From contig NW_027266265.1 of NCBI RefSeq assembly GCF_022045235.1, positions 36,704,001 through 36,768,000 of the forward strand: 64,000 bases of DNA. Reading direction: 5' to 3'. The stretch comes from Haliotis cracherodii (taxonomy: Eukaryota). Position 1 is the first letter of the stretch, and each line of letters starts with the position of its first letter. This document shows, in pieces, positions 1-10,075 of the stretch. The translations under genes and the position numbers were made by a program. A model generated the notes under the pieces. It was not told the origin of the DNA. It saw only the letters and a list, made by a program, of their open reading frames with translations, and made no database searches.

Positions 1-50
1 TTTTACTGACACAAGATAACTGTATATAATACTACCTGTTTTTGTTTCAG

Positions 51-397
51 TGTTACTGGCATCCATACAAAGCTTTATCAGCTTCCTCTCTGTAGTAGGC
101 AACGTCATCATTTTGAGCATACACCGACTCCCACCCGAACACCGCGTTCCCAGATGGATGACGGGACTTGCGGCCAAACGTAAGGGCTTAACGCCTGAAT
201 TGATGAACCATGTTCCAAATAATGAGGAATCCGAACTGTTCAACAAAAGTGACATGAGTACCAAGGACAAAAGTCGTGACAATGTTCACATAACTTGGCC
301 GGTGGTCGCTGGATTTCTGAACAAAATATGTTTTGTTGTTTTTCTTTTTGCTGTGACAGTTGTGACTGTTGTATTCGGGGTATTGATATTTGTTTAG
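51..397 (+). CDS. Terminal coding exon (TM3 - intracellular loop - TM4) of a Cys-loop ligand-gated ion channel / nicotinic acetylcholine receptor-like subunit; the upstream exons lie outside the window
   Basis: Acceptor TTTTTGTTTCAG ends at 50. The ORF has a hydrophobic helix (FISFLSVVGNVIILSIH) followed by HR..P..VPRW, a polar loop, then WPVVAGFLNKICFVVFLFAVTVVTVVFGVL before the stop. This layout matches the M3/M4 end of nAChR-type subunits. Family call is by motif recognition only. Confidence 0.65.
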
Positions 398-760
398 TTC
401 AGAATCAGTGGGACATCATTTTACACCAGTCAAATATGCTAAATAAGAATGAAATATATCTGAAAGAAAGAGATCATAAAATATAAATGTCATCATCGGT
501 TGTCAAAAGAAGCTGTTAACAGTGATTTTCAGGGATGGATCAGTTTCGGAACCAAAACCTAACACCCGTAACATTTCACGTGCAAAATGTAATTCCTTCG
601 TGCGCGTGGGTGAGGGATCATTCTTAGATTTTTACTCGAAAGTGAAAAAAACGTCCTGCGCCATTATCATTAACTACCACGGATATTCACCACGTTAATT
701 GTTTCTCCCTAATAGCATCTTATGCGTCAAAGGTTTTTCTTTTTCCACGGCACGAATTGT

Positions 761-818
761 GTTAGCGAACCCACAACCTTCTGATCAGTAGTCAGGCAAT
801 CCAACCATTAGACCTCAG
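761..818 (-). mobile_element. Degenerate tRNA-derived SINE head
   Basis: Reverse complement reads CTGAGGTCTAATGGTTGGATTGCCTGACTACTGATCAGAAGGTTGTGGGTTCGCTAAC, with an A-box-like GGTCTAATGG and a degenerate B-box-like GGTTCG. No complete cloverleaf. Confidence 0.35.
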
Positions 819-1034
819 AACTGGTTGAAGACATATGGTTCATTTGATAGAAATGAACCTGTTTTTTTTTAGATTTTAAAAAGTCAAACAAATTTACACT
901 TATCTTCTCGACACTTGGGTGCATGGTTGTTTTTTAAAAAGTGTCTTTCTCAGAAACCAATTTACGCATACGTTGAACTTTGCGATCACAACAGACATTG
1001 TCATATGAACGCAGAAATGTCTTTATGCAATTAA

Positions 1035-1276
1035 TGAAGATCCGGGGTAGAATAGGTCTTCAGCAACCACTGCTTGTCGTAAAAGGCGACTAACGGGATC
1101 GAGTGGTCAGGGTCGCTGACTTGGTTGATGCATGTCATCGTATCCCAATTGCGTGGATCGATGCTCATGATGACAATCACTGGATTGTCTGGTCCAGACT
1201 CGATTATTTTCAGACCGCCGTCATATAGGTGGCATATTGCTGAGTGCGGCGTCAAACAACACACAAACAAACAAAA
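1035..1276 (+). mobile_element. SINE copy (same family as SINE-A inside the tandem unit), with (CAAA)n tail
   Basis: Aligns by eye to 4148-4408 (GTAGAATAGGTCTTCAGCAACC...CACTGGATTGTCTGGTCCAGACTCGATTATT...GAGTGCGGCGT). Ends in a CAAACAACACACAAACAAACAAA microsatellite tail. Confidence 0.8.
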
Positions 1277-1569
1277 CTTTCTGTCAGTAACAAGATGCAT
1301 GTTTAGAAAAAATGATTTCTTATCCACCTGAATATAGTCTGAGGTAAGAATCCAGTACCTGATTCTGCACTTTGCGTAATCGCAGGGACATATCCCAGTG
1401 AACTGAGGCACCTCAATTCTCTGTGCAGAGTTGCGTCCCTTATATGTCAAAGTCTGTCTGTAACAAAACCTCAACTCAACCTCCTATCATTGCGTGAGTT
1501 ACCCTGTCGATTCTCTTGGTCTAATGTTTCTATGCGATCTATGAAGTAGGCATGGGTACAAATCGTAAC

Positions 1570-2730
1570 TATGAAGATCAAGGGTTAATTGGCATGTACT
1601 TGACTTGTTTTGTAATCATTTACATTATCCTCTAGTGAAAAGAGTCCTCAGTGGTATATGGTGAGATCATAAAATGTTTCTTCAATACATAAGGCCTCAG
1701 TGGCCGAACTGGTAGCGGAATCAATATGAATGATGAAATGTTTGGAACGTATTATTGACAATTTACATGTAGGACTGACCCATTTCAGTTTGCCTACAGA
1801 TCCGGAAGAGGTGTAGAGGATGTCACTCTTACACTGTTAAACAATATCTACAAACATCTTGAATTTCCAGTTCTATTGTTCGAATCTTGTTTGTTTCTCC
1901 TCTGCTTTTAATACCACAAAGTGTAGATGTGGCCTCATCTGCCTATGGACAGAGTATCTAACATGCCTGTTAATTCAACAGTTATTAAAAAGATAAAATT
2001 CTTTCTATTCAACAGACAGTTTGTGACTGTAAATGGTATATATCATATCACCTGTAACCTTCACATTTACGGGTGCCCCTCACGGTTGTGTACTCTCTCC
2101 TGTTCTATTATTGTATATGTATCAGTAATTTTAAGAAATGTTTAACCGTTGAGTTTGTAGATGACACAGCGCTGGTCGGATTCCCAAAGCATTCTCAAAT
2201 TGATCTTCACTCCTAAACTGAAAAATTCGTTTTACTCTAAGTAAAAAACTAAAACAAAGAAAAGGATTGTATATTTTAGAAAAAAAGGCCGAAATTCTGC
2301 CTGTTGTTAGTGATCACAAAAATATTGATTTAGTTGGACAATATAGGTATTTTGGCACCATTATTGATTCGGACTTACTTAAAATGCAAACGCAAAGAAT
2401 ATTTATACAAAGGGCCAAAAGCGGTCGTTTTGCTTACGGCATCTGAAGTATTTTAAATTTCTTTATAATAGACTGTCTCTGTGAATATTTATTGAAATCA
2501 TATTATTTTTTAGTTTGTAATGTCCACAGCTGGTATGGGAGCCTGTACAAAACTAAATCCATCTAAAATACATAAAATTGCTAATACATCAAGCAGAATT
2601 TCAGGTGCAATAATTTCAACACAACGTCGATATGTATGAGCAACAATTTGTCAAGATACTTAAAATCAAAGTGGGGATATACTTAATTCAAAATGTCAGT
2701 TTCTACCTTCAGGTATCAAAATTTACTATT
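1570..2730 (+). pseudogene. Decayed non-LTR retrotransposon RT region (Rex/Babar-like; boundaries approximate)
   Basis: Frameshifted fragments read in order: MKCLERII (~1733), DPFQFAYRSGRGVEDVTLTLLNNIYKHLE (~1777), VRILFV/FSSAFNT (~1878-1915), GAPHGCVLSPVL (~2071), FVDDTALVG (~2154), YRYFGTIIDSDL (~2343), FLPSG (~2699). Confidence 0.75.
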
Positions 2731-3070
2731 GCTGTAATATATATATATTGTGTGTGCGTGTTTGTGTATACTTTTTAAAAAGCTTCTTTATCGTCACTGT
2801 GATAATGTCAAAATTCCTACATGTTTTTACTTGTGGTTATATACGAAAGTGTTTCATTTTTTTATGTATGTGTAATCAATGTGATATTGTCTTTTTTATA
2901 TATTAGTGCTCATCAACTGTGCAATATGAATTTACTGTGGGATTATAAAGACTTATCTTATCTCTCTAATCTTTTTCCTGGCAATTTATTTTGCCTTTTA
3001 CGCTCAATGGAGTTTGTTTCGGCCATAGCATAACGCTATCGAATAATGCAATATGACGTCTCCTATTGTT

Positions 3071-3260
3071 TAGGATCGGTTCACACTGATTATGTTTCTT
3101 GGTTTGTCGGCATCATACCCGAGCTCACGGGTTTCATCGAAGTGGTAAACGTCTGAGACCTGCATCACTTCAGGCTTTCCTCCTGCATTAAGCTGACACG
3201 CCTTGACATAACTTGAATACTGTTTAAAGCGGCATCAAACCCAACTCACTCACTCATTCA
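3071..3260 (+). mobile_element. 5'-truncated SINE with (CACT)n tail and 8-bp TSD
   Basis: CTATTGTT at 3063-3070 and 3261-3268. The 3' end GAATACTGTTTAAAGCGGCATCAAACCCAACTCACTCACTCA resembles the 3' end of SINE-B (GAATATTGCTAAAAGCGGCGTAAAACCATACTCACTCACTCAC). Confidence 0.7.
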
Positions 3261-3806
3261 CTATTGTTCAAGATGTCCCAAACATAACCCAATATAATCG
3301 GAACAAAAAGTTTGCTTCAGTCAAGTTTAATGATACTGTTCAGAATCATTTATCAATACAAAGGAGATTGCATTTGGTAACTGTAGAGAGTGAAATTCAG
3401 CGGAATAAATGGTCCAACTTTAAAGCGTGTCATAAGTCTTTATAACAACAACCAGACTGTAAAAACAAGTCGTTTGATCATGTCTATCTTTGAAAACACC
3501 TTTGTGTTATACTTTAAGAGCATTTTCTTCTGAAAACACACGTCTTTACTTGTAGATGTACGGTTTTTCTGGGCAACCCTTATATAGTTACACATTGTCA
3601 AACTGATTTGCGCATGTTTTATTCTTGGTAAGAGTTTTGGTCTAAACACACCTTAAAAGAACACAATCATCACTATCACTACTGCTTCATCATGTCAAGG
3701 GCATACGTAAAGGGTAGAGACGATTTATATACTTTCTTCTAATGTTTACGACCTAATACATTTTAGCACAATCTTGCCTTTGACACCCAATGAAATCTGT
3801 TTCAGC

Positions 3807-3996
3807 AGATAATCGAGCCTGAATATTCTCTGGCGTTGACGATTTATGTAGTTAAAGGGTCATCACTGAATGATTATTATATCAATATTCAGGCGTTATC
3901 TATAGAAATTGAGATATCAAATTTAGTGATGCTCGTATTATCACAAATTCCTTGATAATGAAGCGTACAATTATCAAGATAATATGTTGAAGATAA
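3807..3996. other. Inverted-repeat/hairpin region with a WGATAR motif cluster (present in every unit)
   Basis: GCCTGAATATT (3817-3827) pairs with AATATTCAGGC (3884-3894). CTTGATAAT (3951-3959) pairs with ATTATCAAG (3970-3978). Seven WGATAR sites at 3807, 3896, 3938, 3953, 3971, 3977 and 3991. Confidence 0.5.
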
Positions 3997-4147
3997 GAGA
4001 GTTTTCTCAAGAAACGCAGTTGCAAATAAACGCCACAAAACCCTTTTCAGAATCATTCGAAAGCTGTGCTCGAAGCAGCAGAGGCCATTGTACGATTCCG
4101 ACTATAATGATCACAAGCATGTGCGTATGAATGACTATCAGATAGTG

Positions 4148-4408
4148 GAGTAGAATAGGTCTTCAGCAACCCATGCTTGCCGTAAAAGGTGGATATATAT
4201 GCTTGTCGTAAAAGGCGTCTAACGGGATCGGGTGGTCAGGCTCGCTGACTTGGTTGATGCATGTCATCGATCCCAATTGCGTGGATCGATGCTAATGATT
4301 TTAATCACTGGATTGTCTGGTCCAGACTCGATTATTTACAGACCGCCGTCATATAGCTGGAATATTGTTGAGTGCGGCGTTAAACAACCAACCAACCATC
4401 TAACCAAC
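4148..4408 (+). mobile_element. SINE-A (5'-truncated, (CAAC)n tail, 9-bp TSD); one per unit
   Basis: TSD CAGATAGTG at 4139-4147 and 4409-4417; tail AAACAACCAACCAACC; homologous to 1035-1276. Other copies begin at about 8390, 12369, 16348, 20579, 28628, 32870, 37112, 41354, 45596, 49838, 54080, 58322 and 62564. Confidence 0.85.
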
Positions 4409-5014
4409 CAGATAGTGATGATACCTGGCGGTTGCCAAAAAGTAAGCGTATCCTTCCTCATCGGTTCCACCGTCACAAACACATATAAAGACAAGTCAAC
4501 AAAGACCACAAAACAAGCTGTTGTTCATATGTCAATCATGTTTTCAGAAGACATTGGTGTACTTTCGGCTTTTAACAGATACTACACGCATAAAAAGATG
4601 TTGTGAGTTTTCATAGTGACAGTCCCTTTGTGAGAAGAAACCAATATATGTCCCTTTCAGTTAGGAAATAAAGCTGTTGTAGTTTATAGTTAATGTGCAG
4701 TAAGATAAATAAAATTCGGGGAGAATAATGTAGTATCTGGGGACTTCTGCAGTATATTCAGCAGAAGCTATTTTCTTGTGAGCAGGCTGCTGTATTACAC
4801 GGAAACGGTTAGCATAGTTGACCCCGTGTGGTACAGTGCTACTGCAGTACTGTGGCGAGGCTGTACTGGTGTGTTGCGTCAGTTTTCTGGTCTCTTGTTA
4901 TGTCGTATCACACAGATGCATTATAATGTCTGATGTATGTTGCTCCCACATCATATATTTACTGGATACACACTTTTCAGACCATTATCGAATATTTACT
5001 TAATAAAGGTTAAA

Positions 5015-5184
5015 GTGAGTGAGTGAGTATGGTTTTACGCCGCTTTTAGCAATATTCCAGCAATATCACGGCGGGGGACATCAGCAATGGGCTTCACACA
5101 TTGTACCCATGTCGGAAATCGAACCCGTGTCTTCGGCGTAACGAGCGAACGCTTTAACCACTAGGCTAGCCGACCGCCCCTAAA
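5015..5184 (-). mobile_element. SINE-B: short tRNA-derived SINE with (CACT)n tail and 14-bp TSD; one per unit
   Basis: Minus strand reads GGGGCGGTCGG.TAGCCTAGTGG (A box) TTAAAGCGTTCGCTCG...GGGTTCGATTTCC (B box)...ACTCACTCACTCAC. TSD TAATA(T/A)AGGTTAAA at 5001-5014 and 5185-5198, perfect in unit 2. Other copies begin at about 9257, 13236, 17215, 21446, 29495, 33737, 37979, 42221, 46463, 50705, 54947, 59189 and 63431. Confidence 0.88.
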
Positions 5185-5457
5185 TAATATAGGTTAAACA
5201 TTGAGTATCGAGGACTGTTTGAAATGCAATTAGACGATTCCAGAGAGAGTGTCTCTGTTTGCCACCTTTATATACGTTGTCTTGTACTTCCTTAATCGAT
5301 GTTCATGAATACCAGCTCGCATGTGTACCCGTAGGGTGATAACCTCGGGCCCTTTGATGCGAAAAGAATGCTTACTTTACACCATTAAGCTGAGGTGCGT
5401 TACTTACCTGGAAGTGGCCAGCCCAAGGTAAATCAATCACGTATAATTCACAAATGG

Positions 5458-5527
5458 TATATATAAAGGACGGGGGAAACTGTTCCATCATCTCTTATCT
5501 TCACCTTCCGTTGAGACACAGATACGA
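5458..5527 (+). promoter_or_regulatory. TATA box, Inr-like start and putative non-coding exon 1 of the Gly-rich gene (copy 1; same in every unit)
   Basis: TATATATAAA at 5458-5467 and TCATCT Inr-like site at ~5488-5493, about 30 nt downstream. Candidate donor GTAAAG at 5528 (alternative GTACTA at 5546). Acceptor ...TTACTCAATAG ends at 5824, 9 nt before AAAATG. Confidence 0.65.
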
Positions 5528-5833
5528 GTAAAGACCAAACTGCAAGTACTATTTTAAGCTTTGCTTGTGATATATATGTATACTTTTAATTTTTGATTCA
5601 TCTGCTGCGCATCTGGCTGTTTTTAACCTTCATGTTGAGCCAATTTATAAAAGTACGAATATGTAACATAAAACGTTCTTGTAAATTGGGAAATATATGA
5701 ATGCGGGTGAAATTAAAACTGATAACATAATTCACAATGAGTGGTGTGAACTGAATTTACCAGATGAGTAACGATAACATGCTATTTTACCTTTCTTGAC
5801 AATGATTTTCACGTTACTCAATAGATACTCAAA

Positions 5834-6441
5834 ATGATGAAGATAGTCGCCGCTCTTGTTGCCTGCTTGGCTGTTACCGTCTTTGCCGAGCCTACCGGTC
5901 TGTATGGTGGAATTGGCGGGTTGAAAGGAGGACTGGGCGGAATTGGCTACGGAATGGGTGGATTGTACGGAGGCCTTGGAGGTCTTGGAGGCTATGGAGG
6001 TCTGTACGGAGGCATGGGAGGTCTATACGGAGGCATGGGAGGTCTATACGGAGGCATGGGAGGTCTATACGGAGGCAAATACGGATACGGCATGGGAGGT
6101 CTGTACGGAGGATTTGGAGGCTATGGTGGTCTCTACGGAATGGGAGGATACGGAATTGGATTGGGAAAAGGTATTTCACAAAATATGATATCGTTTGTTT
6201 ATCGTATCCGTAAATATACCTCCAGTCTCGTTTGCAAAATTGTATAATTTACCTATGTGGTATTACTATTTTCCGCGACAAAGCTGATGACATTTACAAA
6301 ACATCTTTAAAACTATTCTCTGCTTTCTCTAATATTTGGTATAATTTATCATGCAGCCAGTTTCAAGACTTCGTTGTGACTTATCCATACATCCCAACTT
6401 TATTCTACTATTTTTTTGTTTCAGGTATCGGCTATTATTGA
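5834..6441 (+). CDS. Secreted Gly/Tyr-rich GGLY-repeat structural protein, 117 aa, copy 1 (exons 5834-6170 + 6425-6441; carries A16V and L94F relative to the other copies)
   Basis: Signal peptide MMKIVAALVACLAVT(V/A)FA; GGLYGG repeats; donor AAG|GTATTT at 6171; acceptor TTTTTTTGTTTCAG| at 6424. The phase-1 join gives ...GLGK-GIGYY-TGA. AATAAA at 6507-6512. Confidence 0.88.
6008..6076 (+). repeat. Coding 21-bp tandem repeat (GGAGGCATGGGAGGTCTATAC x3 = GGMGGLY)
   Basis: Three perfect units plus a partial fourth; the same count in all 13 gene copies. Confidence 0.9.
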
Positions 6442-6506
6442 GTTATTATCACCTGCAGTGTGATGCTGGCTATTTCTGTATTTTCTCAAATCAATGGAAT
6501 TGGTTC

Positions 6507-6512
6507 AATAAA
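6507..6512 (+). terminator. Polyadenylation signal AATAAA of the Gly-rich gene (present in every copy)
   Basis: AATAAA 66 nt after the spliced stop codon, followed by T/GT-rich sequence. Confidence 0.65.
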
Positions 6513-9500
6513 ATCTTGTCATATTTATTTACGCCTTGAAATTTGTTTGAAAATCTTAATCTGAATTGAATGTTCACAATGGAAGAGTGATCTATGTTTC
6601 TCCATATTGTAAACTGTGGACATAGTACGTGTTGTCGACCAATATCCAAGCACACTTCAATGATATTGCGTTTTACTGCTAGCTGAGATATCAACTACTG
6701 AAATGTGCTATTAAGTTCCTGAGGAAACCGGACATGATGATAAGAGGAGGGATTTTATGCTTGATATATCTCCCACAAAATGTCACTTACCCGAGTTCAT
6801 GTTTCACGGAATATATGATTTGGGCTGCCAGAAAAGGGTTTGATAGCCATTTAAGTACCATAATATCTTGAATTGGCTGTCTGTATTTCAATTTGCATTT
6901 TAAAAACATGCAGCGAAACAAATAAGCAGGCGTGTCAATTTTTGTCAAAGCAGTCATTGACGATATCAAGGGGTAGACAGTGTGCACTGTATTGAAATGC
7001 AAATGTGTGCGCTGTCCTTGAAAATGAGCGATAGTTGTATTCAGAATACAATCTACATGTTGTAATGGCTCTTTGTATAAGTAATATCTGAGCTGCTGCA
7101 ATAAAACAAACCCGAAAGCCATAGTGATGTAGAGCATCAAAACAAATGTTGCAAGATTCTTACTGCTTGGTTAGAAGGGAATGCAAACAGTTGGAATTTC
7201 CATGACAATAACATATCTTTACAGTTTATCAATTACACAAACAAAACGATTGAATTCAAAAGTAACTATTAAATACGCTTGTCCGGGTATAGCTTATCAA
7301 CCTACAAATTATTTGTAATTTCCATCAAACATGTACTTCTTGATTTGATGATGCAATTTAACATTTTGCATACTGCTTATGTAATTAATAGGAGAAGTAT
7401 CTATATAGATATTTAGTTGTGTGTTTACTAACCACCTTCCCTGTAGGTGCTATTTGAAAAATACATATTGATTAAATCAGACCGCGAATTTGAAGATTCC
7501 GAACTGGATTGGTAGGATTGAAGATTACAATGAACAAACAAATAGCTGATATATCCCTATTGTTTGGCTACAAAGCAAAAGTGACAATCATTTATCAATA
7601 CAAAGGAGATTGCATTTGGTAACTGTAGGGAGTGAAATTCAGCGGAATAAATAGTCCAACTTTAAAGCGTGTCATAAGTCTTTATAACAACAACCAGACT
7701 GTAAAAACAAGTCGTTTGATCATGTCTATCTTTGAAAACACCTTTGTGTTATACTTTAAGAGCATTTTCTTCTGAAAACACACGTCTTTACTTTTAGATG
7801 TACGGTTTTTCTGGGCAACCCTTATATAGTTACACATTGTCAAACTGATTTGCGCGTGTTTTATTCTTGGTAAGAGTTTTGGTCTAAACACGCCTTAAAA
7901 GAACACAATCATCACTATCACTACTGCTTCATCATGTCAAGGGCATACGTAAAGGGTAGAGACGATTTATATACTTTCTTCTAATGTTTACGACCTAATA
8001 CATTTTAGCACAATCTTGCCTTTTACACCCAATGAAATCTGTTTCAGCAGATAATCGAGCCTGAATATTCTCTGGCGTTGACGATTTATGTAGTTAAAGG
8101 GTCATCACTGAATGATTATTATATCAATATTCAGGCGTTATCTATAGAAATTGAGATATCAAATTTAGTGATGCTCGTATTATCACAAATTCCTTGATAA
8201 TGAAGCGTACAATTATCAAGATAATATGTTGAAGATAAGAGAGTTTTCTCAAGAAACGCAGTTGCAAATAAACGCCACAAAACCCTTTTCAGAATCATTC
8301 GAAAGCTGTGCTCGAAGCAGCAGAGGCCATTGTACGATTCCGACTATAATGATCACAAGCATGTGCGTATGAATGACTATCAGATAGTGGAGTAGAATAG
8401 GTCTTCAGCAACCCATGCTTGCCGTAAAAGGTGGATATATATGCTTGTCGTAAAAGGCGTCTAACGGGATCGGGTGGTCAGGCTCGCTGACTTGGTTGAT
8501 GCATGTCATCGATCCCAATTGCGTGGATCGATGCTAATGATTTTAATCACTGGATTGTCTGGTCCAGACTCGATTATTTACAGACCGCCGTCATATAGCT
8601 GGAATATTGTTGAGTGCGGCGTTAAACAACCAACCAACCATCTAACCAACCAGATAGTGATGATACCTGGCGGTTGCCAAAAAGTAAGCGTATCCTTCCT
8701 CATCGGTTCCACCGTCACAAACACATATAAAGACTAGTCAACAAAGACCACAAAACAAGCTGTTGTTCATATGTCAATCATGTTTTCAGAAGACATTGGT
8801 GTACTTTCGGCTTTTAACAGATACTACACGCATAAAAAGATGTTGTGAGTTTTCATAGTGACAGTCCCTTTGTGAGAAGAAACCAATATATGTCCCTTTC
8901 AGTTAGGAAATAAAGCTGTTGTAGTTTATAGTTAATGTGCAGTAAGATAAATAAAATTCGGGGAGAATAATGTAGTATCTGGGGACTTCTGCAGTATATT
9001 CAGCAGAAGCTATTTTCTTGTGAGCAGGCTGCTGTATTACACGGAAACGGTTAGCATAGTTGACCCCGTGTGGTACATTGCTACTGCAGTACTGTGGCGA
9101 GGCTGTACTGGTGTGTTGCGTCAGTTTTCTGGTCTCTTGTTATGTCGTATCACACAGATGCATTATAATGTCTGATGTATGTTGCTCCCACATCATATAT
9201 TTACTGGATACACACTTTTCAGACCATTATCGAATATTTACTTAATATAGGTTAAAGTGAGTGAGTGAGTATGGTTTTACGCTGCTTTTAGCAATATTCC
9301 AGCAATATCACGGCGGGGGACATCAGCAATGGGCTTCACACATTGTACCCATGTCGGAAATCGAACCCGTGTCTTCGGCGTAACGAGCGAACGCTTTAAC
9401 CACTAGGCTACCCGACCGCCCCTAAATAATATAGGTTAAACGTTGAGTATCGAGGACTGTTTGAAATGCAATTAGACGATTCCAGAGAGAGTGTCTCTGT

Positions 9501-10075
9501 TTGCCACCTTTATATACGTTGTCTTGTACTTCCTTAATCGATGTTCATGAATACCAGCTCGCATGTGTACCCGTAGGGTGATAACCTCGGGCCCTTTGAT
9601 GCGAAAAGAATGCTTACTTTACACCATTAAGCTGAGGTGCGTTACTTACCTGGAAGTGGCCAGCCCAAGGTAAATCAATCACGTATAATTCACAAATGGT
9701 ATATATAAAGGACGGGGGAAACTGTTCCATCATCTCTTATCTTCACCTTCCGTTGAGACACAGATACGAGTAAAGACCAAACTGCAAGTACTATTTTAAG
9801 CTTTGCTTGTGATATATATGTATACTTTTAATTTTTGATTCATCTGCTGCGCATCTGGCTGTTTTTAACCTTCATGTTGAGCCAATTTATAAAAGTACGA
9901 ATATGTAACATAAAACGTTCTTGTAAATTGGGAAATATATGAATGCGGGTGAAATTAAAACTGATAACATAATTCACAATGAGTGGTGTGAACTGAATTT
10001 ACCAGATGAGTAACGATAACATGCTATTTTACCTTTCTTGACAATGATTTTCACGTTACTCAATAGATACTCAAA

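Noticed and set aside
3061-3071. CCTATTGTTT in the flank matching a sequence near the end of each unit (e.g. ~7556-7565), as a possible duplication seed
   Set aside because: The match is short, AT-rich and out of register with the actual array boundary at 3344.
4232-4606. Recurrent 87/124-aa ORF MVRLADLVDACHRS... and the related ORFs at 1031-1474
   Set aside because: They are translations of SINE sequence; the 4232 ORF has a non-ATG start and a stop that varies between units.
4730-4880. CTGCAG/TACTG-rich stretch, possibly a decayed minisatellite or transposon remnant
   Set aside because: No consistent period or termini could be established by eye.
5100-5180. Possible tRNA gene on the minus strand
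   Set aside because: It has A/B boxes but no proper acceptor stem, and it continues into a SINE body with a (CACT)n tail and TSD.
5892-6188. Overlapping repetitive ORFs MATEWVDCTEA... (+) and MKYLFPIQFR... (-)
   Set aside because: These are alternative-frame and antisense shadows of the Gly-codon repeat, which happens to lack stops.
6171-6247. C-terminal ISQNMISFVYRIRKYTSSLVCKIV of the 137-aa ORF (all copies)
   Set aside because: It starts at a GT donor and has intron-like AT-rich composition; the spliced GIGYY end fits better.
3440-7140. Other 60-117-aa ORFs recurring in each unit (MFRPKLLP..., MTPCGTVL..., MISQLAVK..., MHFNTVHT...)
   Set aside because: They recur only because the DNA is duplicated. 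They have no motifs and mostly non-ATG starts, and some change length between units.
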